Positions 52,709 through 61,863 are shown, counted from the stretch's first letter. The stretch: DNA of 64,000 nucleotides from an uncultured delta proteobacterium (GCA_963745835.1 CAVUZH010000013.1:480001-544000), one strand, 5' to 3'. The notes: generated from the sequence alone by a model not told the origin. Numbers and translations are program-made.

Positions 52709-52816
52709 CAGCAAGGTTGTGGGTTTTGGCTTTTCCAACGCATCGCGCATCTGAGAAGCGCCCGGTAAACCCGTGTAGCATGGATGAGACAGTTGGAGCA
52801 GAAGAGGCTCACTTTA

Positions 52817-52858
52817 GAAAATGAAAGCGGAGGAACTATGCAATTAGCTCCTCCGCTT
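52817..52858 (-). terminator. Rho-independent terminator after the entericidin-like gene
   Basis: Minus strand aagcggaggagcta-attgca-tagttcctccgctt followed by tcattttc. Confidence 0.7.
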
Positions 52859-52890
52859 GTACTCGGTAGAAAACGTTAGTGGCTGTCGAT

Positions 52891-53055
52891 TTAGAGCCTG
52901 CGCCTTACCGATTCCGCGGCATCTTGCGTCTTTTCGCCGCCACGCTCAATATCGCGTCCCATTCCTTTTACGGTGTTGCAACCGATAGAGGCCAAAATAC
53001 CAGCGAGTGAAATCGCGATGGTAATTATAGAAAAACGTTTTTTCAGTGACTGCAT
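52891..53055 (-). CDS. Entericidin A/B-family lipoprotein (54 aa, below the ORF-track cut-off)
   Basis: Hand translation MQSLKKRFSIITIAISLAGILASIGCNTVKGMGRDIERGGEKTQDAAESVRRRL; GCNT.kG.G.D signature; RBS aggagg. Confidence 0.88.
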   Translation of the reverse strand: MQSLKKRFSIITIAISLAGILASIGCNTVKGMGRDIERGGEKTQDAAESVRRRL

Positions 53056-53095
53056 AATGGAACCTCCTATGTTGAAAACTCTGCTGATTACCTAC

Positions 53096-53111
53096 AGCAA
53101 AGCCTGTACCA
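53096..53111 (-). promoter_or_regulatory. Putative sigma-54 -24/-12 promoter
   Basis: Minus strand TGGTACAGGCTTTGCT, exact GG-N10-GC spacing, 41 nt upstream of the entericidin-like ATG. Confidence 0.6.
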
Positions 53112-53477
53112 AAAATCAGTCGAGTCTCGCAGTTTGATCGAGCGGTTCACGCAACAAGAAAGCAAAACCTGAAGATTTCAGAGAGCGGAATCTCAATGAA
53201 AGAAGAGATCGTTATCTTAAATATTGAACGACACATTGGCGGACATGCCGGAACGCATTCATCACTTGCAGAAGAAACTCAAAACCTGGAAAGCGTTTTC
53301 CGAGGAATGGGCCAAGCTCGGGCGATCAGATCAAGGAACAGGACGCGGTTAGTACAGAAGTCGCGCGAAGAGGGATGGTCTTTCCGCAGTGTGCGCCCGG
53401 TGCGTTTTGATTCTACGTTCCCCCAAGCCGTCTCGCCAGGTGCGTCGGGATATTAAATGAAGCTTAGGATCCCTGGG

Positions 53478-54305
53478 CTAGTTCTCCGTGATATCGATAA
53501 ATACTCCGTCGGGATCGGAGAACTGATGCTGGCCGTGCCGGCACGAAGCGATTAAGGCCAACCGGCGCTCTCCCTCGCTGGGCTCGCTGACGATTCTTTC
53601 GCGCATGCTCGCATCCGACTCGCGCAAAGCGGCCAGTTGTTTCTTGACCAAATCGATGCTTTCCACTTTGAAGCCCAGGTGTTCTAATCCAGGCCTGTCA
53701 ATGCCGGCGCCTTCGAAGTCGGTCATCTTCCAGGGGGCGACGATCAAGGTAACCTTGCCATCGGTGAGATAATAATTGGGATCCTCCAGCGCCTTTTCTT
53801 CTTCCTTTAACTCGAACAGGTCGCGGTAAAAGGCCGCGATCGCCTCGGCATTCATGACGCGCAACTTGATATGATGAATCCGCCTAGGGTCCTCGCGAGC
53901 CTGCTCGACGTATACATCGCGCCGATTCTGCATGCCTTCCTGGGTGAGATCGAAATAATTGCCCTCGGGATCATGAGCGCCAAAGGTCGCGAACGGTCGG
54001 TTGGAGGGCCGCTTCAACACGGCTACATCGGGGTATTCCATTTTAACGCGCGCGCAAGCTTCCTCGACGTTATCAACGTCGATACCAAAATGATGGAGCC
54101 CCGGATTGTAGCCCGGTTTCCGGCCGATAATCGTCATGCCGACGTAGCCGTCGCTGACACTGACGGCATAATTGGTCTGGATCGCCCTTTCCTCTTCGGC
54201 GGAGCCCGGCTTGGATCGTCTCATGCCGAGCACGGCTTCGTAGAATTTGGCTTCGCGCACGAAATTTTCGCTGACGATCGCAACGTGCTGGATTTTAGAT
54301 AGCAT
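53478..54305 (-). CDS. Two-domain VOC (glyoxalase/extradiol dioxygenase fold) protein
   Basis: KIQHVAI..FYEAVLG, GLHHFG, HDPEGNYFD; IHHIKL..FYRDLF, GLEHLGF, DPDGVFID; RBS ggagg. Confidence 0.85.
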   Translation of the reverse strand: MLSKIQHVAIVSENFVREAKFYEAVLGMRRSKPGSAEEERAIQTNYAVSVSDGYVGMTIIGRKPGYNPGLHHFGIDVDNVEEACARVKMEYPDVAVLKRPSNRPFATFGAHDPEGNYFDLTQEGMQNRRDVYVEQAREDPRRIHHIKLRVMNAEAIAAFYRDLFELKEEEKALEDPNYYLTDGKVTLIVAPWKMTDFEGAGIDRPGLEHLGFKVESIDLVKKQLAALRESDASMRERIVSEPSEGERRLALIASCRHGQHQFSDPDGVFIDITEN

Positions 54306-54323
54306 AATGCCTCCGCTTTCACT

Positions 54324-54422
54324 GAGTTCCAAATGTTCCAATCGTTTGAATGCATGAAGTGACAGAGCCTCCGAGCGCTTAAACAGTTGGAACGTTTGGA
54401 ACCACTGGAACATTTGGAACTT
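54324..54422. repeat. TGGAAC 9-nt-period element with a perfect 16-bp inverted repeat
   Basis: agttccaaatgttcca (54325-54340) and tggaacatttggaact (54406-54421); right arm cagttggaa-cgtttggaa-ccactggaa-catttggaa. Confidence 0.85.
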
Positions 54423-54425
54423 GCA

Positions 54426-55415
54426 TCACTTTCCAGTGATGCGCTTGAAGAACCCCTCTTTCTCTAATTCATCGAGAGTGCTCTCATCGACATACTTGCT
54501 CATGTTCATGTCGACTTTGGCGGCAGGGTTTCGCTGCGCGACCATCTCCAGAGTGTTGCGCACACCTTGCTGGGCTATGCGCGTCGGAAATGAAAAGCTG
54601 GTCGCGATATAGTCGTAAGTTTCCTCGACGGCCTTGGGGTTTTTCTGCTGCAGTCGCTTGGTCAGTACCGCGATCGCCTTTGGTTTATCGTTCAACAGCT
54701 GATACGTAGCCTCGGCGTAGGCTTGCTGGAAGCGCTTGACGAGCTCGCGGTTCTTAGCCAAAAAAGACCGGCGCACCACCATCGCGTTCATTGGAAAGGC
54801 CGCTGTCTGCATGTCGCGCATATGTGCGAGCACGTTCATGCCCATGCGGATTGCCTCGCCCAACTCCGGTTGTGCCAAGACGGTTGCGTCCAATGCTTTA
54901 GCCGAAAGCGCGACCAGCCGCTGCGCAGCGCCGCCGCTCTGAATGATCGTCACGGCTTGCCTTGGAACATTCCACTCCTTGAGCGCGAGCACGATCGCCA
55001 GTTCGTTAGCGCCGCCGAACCCGACTATTCCGATCTTCTTGCCGTTGAGATCCTCGGGCTTTTGGATCTCCTTCTGTGCGACGAAACTGAAGGGGAAAGT
55101 GTTGAGCGAACCCGAGATCATCACCAGGTCCGCCCCCTGATTGATCGCGTTGATCGTCGTTACCGCATCGACCTGAGCGAAATCAACGCTGTTGCCGATC
55201 AACCCTTGGATCTGGCGGGTCGAGCCCGGCAACAGAACGACATCGCCGTTGATGCCGTACTTCGCCAGCAAACCTAGATCCTTGGTCGCCCAGACCGGCG
55301 TCTGAAAACCGGCAAAGCCGGCGTACGCGATATTATAGCGCTCCTGCGCGGGAAGAGCCGTCGGCGCCAGAATGCACAGAAAGACAACCAAACCCAATAC
55401 GTTTTTCCAGGTCAT
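54426..55415 (-). CDS. ABC transporter substrate-binding protein, SsuA/NMT1-like
   Basis: Signal peptide, PVWATKDLGLLAKYG, DLNGKKIGI, VDESTLDELEKEGF tail. Confidence 0.85.
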   Translation of the reverse strand: MTWKNVLGLVVFLCILAPTALPAQERYNIAYAGFAGFQTPVWATKDLGLLAKYGINGDVVLLPGSTRQIQGLIGNSVDFAQVDAVTTINAINQGADLVMISGSLNTFPFSFVAQKEIQKPEDLNGKKIGIVGFGGANELAIVLALKEWNVPRQAVTIIQSGGAAQRLVALSAKALDATVLAQPELGEAIRMGMNVLAHMRDMQTAAFPMNAMVVRRSFLAKNRELVKRFQQAYAEATYQLLNDKPKAIAVLTKRLQQKNPKAVEETYDYIATSFSFPTRIAQQGVRNTLEMVAQRNPAAKVDMNMSKYVDESTLDELEKEGFFKRITGK

Positions 55416-55462
55416 TTGAACGTTACCTTTCCACGGAATTCATCCGATTTCACAGGGCACCG

Positions 55463-56749
55463 TCAGCGACTGCGAACGCGCTCGATGGTCGCGATCCGCG
55501 CCCTCGTATGCTGCTTCCAGTCAACCGAGGCGTCAATTATCTCCGAAAATACCTGCAGGTGCGAAAACCGGTTCGATGCCGGATCGCGCAGTACGTGCTG
55601 CGGGTCGCGGCCGTGCTTGACGTCATTGATGGCGTTCAACAACAGCTTACGCGCGGCAATGATCGCTTTGTCCGAGGAAACCAGATGCTCCGACGTGCGG
55701 TCTTGAATCGCACCCTGGCTCTCGGTGGCAAACGCGTCATGCGCTTGAAAGTTGTAACCCATGCCCGTAAACGTCTTGGTTTTCATTGATTCGCGGTCCT
55801 GCTGATATCGATTGACGCCGGTGCGAGTCAGGCGGAAATCCGCACCAAGCTCGGCGCGGCTCTTGTTGACCAGTTCTGGCGGCAGCGCCTTTTCGCGGCT
55901 AAACATGAAAACATATTTCCAATGGCTGGTGTCATCGATGGGCACGTGCCAGTGAACAGAATACCCTTCACCCACCGTGGAACCGCCAAAGGCGGCGAGG
56001 TTGGGCATCACGAAGTTGGTAACACGCAAATAGGTTTTATCTTCTCCGGATGCTCGCAACGAACAAATTCTCAAACCGAAATCGGTGAGCTCGACTTCGA
56101 TCGTCGGCGCGATGTCTTTGCCGAGTAATGTGTTATCCGTCGTGTCGGTGCCCGGCACGACCCGTCGCAGCGGCATCGGGGCGTCGGCAAGAAACTGGTG
56201 CAGGAAGGATAAATGCACCGGATCGATGTTGCCTTCGTTACCCTGCAGATAATTGCAGTTGTAGAAAATCTTTGTGACTGCGCGCTGCTCTTCCGGCACG
56301 GAAAGAAATTCATAATCGGGCAGCAGCGGCGGCTCGCCCGCTCCCATGTACGTTAAGATCACGCCGCCGCTCTCTCTGCAGGGATGCGCCCGATGACGGA
56401 TCTGATCCCGGTTTGCGCCCCCGCCGGGCTCACCGGGCTGTTCGATAACCCGGCCGCAAACATCATAGAGCCAGCCGTGATAAATACATCTGAGCCCGCC
56501 GTTTTCGATCCGCCCATAGCTGAGGTCGGTTCCGCGATGGGAGCAATGCAAACCCAGTAGACCCGGTTGTCCATGATCGTCGCGAAACAGCACCAACTCC
56601 TCGCCCAGGACATTCACCCGCAAAGGCGCGGCGCCCTGCGGCAGTTCCTCTGATAAAGCGATTGGTTGCCAGTAGCGGCGCATGAGCTCTCCACACGGAG
56701 TTTCGGGAGCCGTTTGAGTTAAAAGATTGTTTTCTTCTCGAGAGATCAT
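55463..56749 (-). CDS. Rieske non-heme iron oxygenase alpha subunit (phthalate 4,5-dioxygenase-like)
   Basis: CSHRG...CIYHGW Rieske motif; EGNIDPVHLSFLH and HDAFATESQG iron-site motifs. Confidence 0.9.
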   Translation of the reverse strand: MISREENNLLTQTAPETPCGELMRRYWQPIALSEELPQGAAPLRVNVLGEELVLFRDDHGQPGLLGLHCSHRGTDLSYGRIENGGLRCIYHGWLYDVCGRVIEQPGEPGGGANRDQIRHRAHPCRESGGVILTYMGAGEPPLLPDYEFLSVPEEQRAVTKIFYNCNYLQGNEGNIDPVHLSFLHQFLADAPMPLRRVVPGTDTTDNTLLGKDIAPTIEVELTDFGLRICSLRASGEDKTYLRVTNFVMPNLAAFGGSTVGEGYSVHWHVPIDDTSHWKYVFMFSREKALPPELVNKSRAELGADFRLTRTGVNRYQQDRESMKTKTFTGMGYNFQAHDAFATESQGAIQDRTSEHLVSSDKAIIAARKLLLNAINDVKHGRDPQHVLRDPASNRFSHLQVFSEIIDASVDWKQHTRARIATIERVRSR

Positions 56750-56836
56750 TACGGTTTGCCCCTAAACTCGATCGACTCGTATCTTGCTATTCGCCAACCG
56801 CCGAGTCAACATCTGCTTTTGTCCGCAAATACGGCA

Positions 56837-57012
56837 GTTCAAGGTTCAACCGTTCAACGTTCAACGACAGAGTAACTTGAGCAGATCGGCCAGGGTAGTA
56901 TTCCGGGGATGAACACATCAATCCTCCCTCTGACGTTGAACCTTTGAACCGTTGAACGGCTCCCGTCCACCTCAAACGCTTGAACACTCCCGTTCACCTT
57001 GAACCTGGAACG
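56837..57012. repeat. TTGAAC 7-8-nt-period element, inverted arrangement
   Basis: gttcaag-gttcaacc-gttcaac-gttcaac (56837-56865) and cgttgaacctttgaaccgttgaac (from 56934), with further ttgaac/tggaac units to 57012. Confidence 0.8.
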
Positions 57013-57071
57013 TTTGCTATAGTAGGTTAAGCGGACTAAAGCACAGGCATTCGCATAGGAAGAAAGAAGCC

Positions 57072-57974
57072 ATGGCTAATCTCGTTGGTTGTTTTGCGAT
57101 GTCACACGGGCCGCAGTTGATGCTCGAGCCGAAGCATTGGAACCTCCTGCGCATGCGAGAGGCGGAAAAGCTGCCGGAGAAGCCCGAGCTCGAGAGCGAG
57201 ACTGACGAGGTCAAATGGCAGAAGTGGCATCACTGCATGGACGCAATCGCCAAGCTCCGGCAAAAATTACAAGCTTTGCATCCGGACGTTGCCATCGTTA
57301 TCGGCGACGATCAGCACGAAAATATCCTCGACGACAACACGCCGCCCTTCACGATTTTCATCGGCGATGAAGCGGAAGCAACCACCAGTCTCAGGTATCT
57401 CAATCAAGCTAAATCGGATAATCGGACTCGCTATGACATCGACAGCGAACTGGCCAAGGGTCTGTTAGCCGATCTGATGAACAATGGATTTGACCCCGCC
57501 TACTCAAAGATGACCCGCTATGACGGCGGCTTGGGCCACGCCTTCGCGCGGGTGCTCAAGTTTCTGCTTCCTGACACGAGCTGCCGGGTCGTTCCAATCA
57601 TGGTCAACACCTATTTTCCACCGGCGCCATCGGCCAAGCGTTGCGTCCAATTCGGTCGCGCATTGGCCGCGGCGATTCGCCGTGATCCTGGAACTCAACG
57701 GGTCGTGATTGTCGGTTCCGGCGGGCTTAGCCACACCAAAATCGATGAGAGACTCGACGCCGAGTTTCTGGAGTTCGTCAAACGCAACGATTTGCAGTCG
57801 ATGACCGCAATGCCTTCAGCTTTGTTTGTCGAGGGGACATCGGAAATTCTCAACTGGATTGCCACGGCCGCCGCCGCCGACCACCCGGGCGAGATCATCG
57901 AGTACCAACCGTTGTACCGATCCAGGACCGGCGTCGGTTGCGCCATGGGCTTTGCCTATTGGGATCTGCAGTAA
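57072..57974 (+). CDS. LigB/DesB-type (class III) extradiol ring-cleavage dioxygenase
   Basis: MSHGP, IGDDQHENI, GLGHAF, VPIMVNT, GSGGLSH, GTSEILNW. Confidence 0.85.
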   Translation: MANLVGCFAMSHGPQLMLEPKHWNLLRMREAEKLPEKPELESETDEVKWQKWHHCMDAIAKLRQKLQALHPDVAIVIGDDQHENILDDNTPPFTIFIGDEAEATTSLRYLNQAKSDNRTRYDIDSELAKGLLADLMNNGFDPAYSKMTRYDGGLGHAFARVLKFLLPDTSCRVVPIMVNTYFPPAPSAKRCVQFGRALAAAIRRDPGTQRVVIVGSGGLSHTKIDERLDAEFLEFVKRNDLQSMTAMPSALFVEGTSEILNWIATAAAADHPGEIIEYQPLYRSRTGVGCAMGFAYWDLQ

Positions 57975-58018
57975 TTTCGCCGGCTGATGCCCCTGGCACG
58001 AAGCCTACCAGTCACTGA

Positions 58019-59314
58019 ATGACGACCGATTCATCTGAACCGAATCCGCAAACCGTCGGCCGCCTCGCCGCATTTCGGTATCGCGACTTCCGACTTTTTT
58101 GGCTGAGTCTGTTTGTCTCCAACGTCGGTACCTGGATGCAGATGACGGCGACCAACTGGCTTTTGTATCAGCTCACCGACTCTGCCTTCCAACTCGGCCT
58201 CAACGGCCTCTTTCGCGCCGTGCCTGCAATCTTTCTGGGCTTGATCAGCGGCACGTTCGCCGATCGCTACGACAGGAAACGTCTGCTTCTCTGGACCCAG
58301 CTCGCCTTGGCATTGCTCACGCTCGGACTCGCTGTCTTGGATCATTCTGGGAGCATTCAGGCTTGGCAGATCTACGCTTTCACGTTCATCAGCGCAGCTG
58401 TCGGTTCTTTCGACGGTCCCGCGCGCCAAGCACTGTTCCCATCTCTGGTGCCTCGCTCTGCATTGCCCAATGCCGTCGCGCTGAATTCAGTATTGTGGAA
58501 AGGCGCAGCGCTAATTGGGCCTTCGCTGGGCGGCATCGCCATTAGCCTGCTGGGAACCAGCGGCGCATTCTACGCCAACGCTGCAAGCTTCTTAGCAGTT
58601 GTCATTGCTTTGATGATGATGCGCAGTTATACCCCGCCGGCTGAGAGACCTCACGATTTCTTCGGCGAAATGAAAGACGGATTCACTTACATGCTTTCAA
58701 AGCCAATCATTCTTGGGGTACTGGTCATGGAGGCGGTTTCGTCACTATTCGGCCTCGATAACGCCATGCTGACGATTTTTGCCAGCGATGTCTTTCACGT
58801 CGGCGCCCATGGTTTCGGTTTTCTACAGTCATCGCGCGGTCTTGGCGCTGTGATCGGTTCGAGCCTGTTCATCGGCATGGGGCAACAACCGGCGCAGGGA
58901 AAGATTCTGACCATCGCGGCGATTCTTTACGGCGTCGGTTTTGCGGCTTTCGGGGTTGCCCCTTCGTTTGTATTGGCGATCATCCTCCTCGCCATGGTCG
59001 GCGCCACCGACGCAATCTGGTCGGCGGCGCGCGGTACGATTCTTCAATTAACAACACCGGAGAGATTTCGCGGCCGAATCATGGGTCTGTTTCAACTGAG
59101 CAACCGCGGCCTTCATCCGTTGGGACAAACGGAAACCGGACTGATGGTTCCGCTGATCGGCGCGCGGGAAACAACTGTAGTGGGTGGGCTACTGGTTTCG
59201 GCGGTTACTCTGATGATTGCTTGGCGCATACCAAGCATCGTCCGTTTCCGATTGAATGAGGGCGAGGAGCGCGATGGCCGTGAAGTTTTCAGGGAAAACA
59301 AACTAGCAGACTGA
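58019..59314 (+). CDS. MFS transporter (H+ antiporter-like)
   Basis: FRYRDFRLFW, GTWMQ, GTFADRYDRKR, PARQAL, QLTTPERFRGR; ~12 TM segments. Confidence 0.9.
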   Translation: MTTDSSEPNPQTVGRLAAFRYRDFRLFWLSLFVSNVGTWMQMTATNWLLYQLTDSAFQLGLNGLFRAVPAIFLGLISGTFADRYDRKRLLLWTQLALALLTLGLAVLDHSGSIQAWQIYAFTFISAAVGSFDGPARQALFPSLVPRSALPNAVALNSVLWKGAALIGPSLGGIAISLLGTSGAFYANAASFLAVVIALMMMRSYTPPAERPHDFFGEMKDGFTYMLSKPIILGVLVMEAVSSLFGLDNAMLTIFASDVFHVGAHGFGFLQSSRGLGAVIGSSLFIGMGQQPAQGKILTIAAILYGVGFAAFGVAPSFVLAIILLAMVGATDAIWSAARGTILQLTTPERFRGRIMGLFQLSNRGLHPLGQTETGLMVPLIGARETTVVGGLLVSAVTLMIAWRIPSIVRFRLNEGEERDGREVFRENKLAD

Positions 59315-59546
59315 CAGACGATGAAATCTGTTCTTGAATGAAAAATATCGAACCAGCGAGATTAGGAGCACGGAGCAAACGTTTGCAACAAAGACAATCC
59401 GTTTCTGCATCTTAGAAAGCGACAGCTGTCAGTGCGCCGCGGGAAATAACGAGCAGGGGCATCAGCTTTATCTTCATCACTCACTCTAAAGATAGGCAGA
59501 ATAGAAAAACCACATGGATGTTAGTAGCGGACTTGTATTGACTCTA

Positions 59547-60638
59547 CTAGGCCGCTGCTTTCGCCGTGCAGCGCGGATGTTGTCCGCCCATCGCGCACTG
59601 GGCGCCAACCTTCACGAGTTCCTGTTCGAATTCTTTGTGAATCTGCGGATCCTCGTCCTCGTACTCCATTTGCGAGCCGCCTTTTTTAACGTCTTCATCC
59701 ACGCCGTAGAGTTTTCTCAGGCCTTTGAACTTTCTGCCGCTGGCGCGCAGCGCTAAATAGCGCGCCGGCTCGTTCCCCGCGTTGAAATGTTGGTGAAACC
59801 AGAAGTCGGGCGGAACGACGATTGAACCGGGCTGCCAATCGAAGCGCTTGATCTCCTCTCCCTGAGGCCACAGGCACGAGTAGCCCTTTCCGGCGATGAT
59901 GATCACATGCGCGCCGGGACCATGTCGATGTGCCTTCTTGTAAGTGCCGACCGGAAACTCGGAAATGTGGGCCCCCATGGTGTTTTCCGAAAGCTCCAGC
60001 ATGATGTTTTTGCCGCCAGCGCCGCGCTCTTTCCAAGCCTGAAGCGCCATTGTGTGCACGTCGGGAACAAAATTCGTATCCCAGATCCTTCCGGGAAACG
60101 AGTCGCCTTTGCCGGAAAAATATTCTTCCTCGCCGGAGAAACGATCTGAAAACACATAATTGTTGTTGAAGACAAAATCGGCGTTGTGAAATAGATTCAA
60201 CAGCACAGGCGCGTTGGTTACCGCCAGCATGCGCGCCGGTTCCGAACCGCTGCCGTTGAAGTGCTGGTAGTGGCAATTGATCGGCGGTGAAAATAGACTG
60301 CCGATTTGCCACTCGAAGGTTTGTTTTTTTCCGTTGGTTTGCCAAATCGATGTCGCCCCGTGGCCGCTGATCACGTAGATCATTTCTTCATAGAGATGGT
60401 GTTGCTCTCGGCCTTTTTGGCCCGGAGGAATTTCGTAGATGTAAGCGTCGTTGGCCTCTCCGGTGCCGATGAGATTCAAGTAAGCCCCAAAGCCGCCCAT
60501 TCTATCCCACGGCTCTAGCGGAACTTTCTTAATATCCTGAATGAAAAACTCGCGGATAATCGGAATTCCTTCTGTTTCGACCCACTGCTGATAGGTAGAC
60601 TCATCCGTCCATTTAGCTTGTTTGCTGGGAATCATCAC
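59547..60638 (-). CDS. Bicupin protein (gentisate-dioxygenase-like fold, function unassigned)
   Basis: QHHLYEEMIYVISGHG, PINCHYQHFN, KAHRHGPG, WFHQHFN. Confidence 0.8.
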   Translation of the reverse strand: MMIPSKQAKWTDESTYQQWVETEGIPIIREFFIQDIKKVPLEPWDRMGGFGAYLNLIGTGEANDAYIYEIPPGQKGREQHHLYEEMIYVISGHGATSIWQTNGKKQTFEWQIGSLFSPPINCHYQHFNGSGSEPARMLAVTNAPVLLNLFHNADFVFNNNYVFSDRFSGEEEYFSGKGDSFPGRIWDTNFVPDVHTMALQAWKERGAGGKNIMLELSENTMGAHISEFPVGTYKKAHRHGPGAHVIIIAGKGYSCLWPQGEEIKRFDWQPGSIVVPPDFWFHQHFNAGNEPARYLALRASGRKFKGLRKLYGVDEDVKKGGSQMEYEDEDPQIHKEFEQELVKVGAQCAMGGQHPRCTAKAAA

Positions 60639-60903
60639 TCCTCCGTTTCATGATTCTCGTGCATCGATGTTTTCAATTAGAATCGGGTATATCCGCGGTG
60701 ATCACTTTGTGCAAGAGACTCTAGCCAGCTCGACCATCCAAGAACCAGCGGTCGAAATTCGTCGCAATCAGCAAGGTCGTTCCATTGCTTGCTTGAGAGA
60801 TAACGCCAGGCGATACCGCTGTCCGTCGTTCATGTTGCTAGCCTAAACACCCGGCAGGGAGGGCAATAGCAGGTCACGGCGCCGTGAGGAAAGCTCATAT
60901 GAT

Positions 60904-61863
60904 CTAAGCTCGGAGGCGGGAGAGGTGAAGCTTACGAGATAAGAGCAGTTGTCGCAGTTCGCGTTTCACTTGCGCCACCACCGGCTGCCAATCTTCCGCC
61001 TGCTGCTGTCGAAACAAACGCATGGTCGGGTACCACGGGCTATCGCTCCGACCGCTCATCCAGCGCCAGTCCGCATCCTTTTGCAGCAGTGTCCAGGTTC
61101 GGACGCCTAATGCGCCGGCCAAATGAGCCGGCATGCTATCGATCGATACGACCAGATCGAGCGCCCGCATAACCCGCGCCGTCGTCAAAGCGTCGGCACC
61201 GTGCGGCAAAATCGTTTTGAAGCTTGGATGATGCTCCAATGCGGTCGCCTCTTGTTGGAGCACGTAGAAGCTAATCTCGTGAAGCTCCGCGAGTTGAGTC
61301 AGCAGATCGAATGGCACATCCCGTCGGGGATCCCAATCGCCGCCTCTCCAGACCAGACCTACCTTCATCTTACAATCGTCGAGGGCAGACGCCTCGACGT
61401 GGAAATAGGGAACTCGAGCGGGTATCGTTTCGACGGTCGTGCGAAACACGTACGGCAGTTCCATCACTTCCACGTCGGCGTCGTAGTCGCAATCCGGAGT
61501 TCCGTCGTGGAGCGGAATCATCCGGTCAATCTCCCCGGCCGTGCTTAGCAGCGCTATCAACGACGGCTGCGCCCAAACTGTTACTTGCGCGGCAATGGTT
61601 TTTAACAGAGGAATGTAGCGGATGAACTGAATGGTGTCGCCAAGGCCATGATAGCACCGCACCAGCACTCGTTTGCCGTGCAGCGATGCGCCGTTCCAGA
61701 TGACCTGTTGATGACGTGGCACATCGGTAGCCGCGCGTGGCGCAGCCAAGTGGCGCCGCAGCAGTATGTCGCTATTGCGCCAAGCCTGATCGAACTCGCC
61801 TCGCCGCATATGCTCCATCCATTGGGCAGTCAAATCGATCAGTTGATTTGGATTGCGAACCAC
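60904..61863 (-). CDS. GT-B glycosyltransferase, family-9-like
   Basis: WNGASLHGKRVLV, HGLGDTIQFIRY, VGLVWRG, LDLVVSIDSMPAHLAGALG, DWRW, SPWYPTMRLFRQ. Confidence 0.8.
   Translation of the reverse strand: MVRNPNQLIDLTAQWMEHMRRGEFDQAWRNSDILLRRHLAAPRAATDVPRHQQVIWNGASLHGKRVLVRCYHGLGDTIQFIRYIPLLKTIAAQVTVWAQPSLIALLSTAGEIDRMIPLHDGTPDCDYDADVEVMELPYVFRTTVETIPARVPYFHVEASALDDCKMKVGLVWRGGDWDPRRDVPFDLLTQLAELHEISFYVLQQEATALEHHPSFKTILPHGADALTTARVMRALDLVVSIDSMPAHLAGALGVRTWTLLQKDADWRWMSGRSDSPWYPTMRLFRQQQAEDWQPVVAQVKRELRQLLLSRKLHLSRLRA

Noticed and set aside
53196-53456. 86-aa ORF between the entericidin-like and VOC genes
   Set aside because: No recognisable family and a weak RBS; it may be a gene remnant but cannot be supported.
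54306-54413. N-terminal extension MFQWFQTFQLF...LEHLEL on the VOC ORF, and similar periodic peptides in ORFs at 44231-44635, 45844-46219 and 56787-56987
   Set aside because: These are translations of the 9-nt DNA repeats; a good RBS and ATG exist at 54305.
54324-57012. LexA boxes (GTTC-N7-GTTC or GAAC-N4-GTTC) in the GTTC-rich arrays
   Set aside because: Unit spacing is 7-9 nt rather than 11, and the neighbouring genes are not SOS genes.
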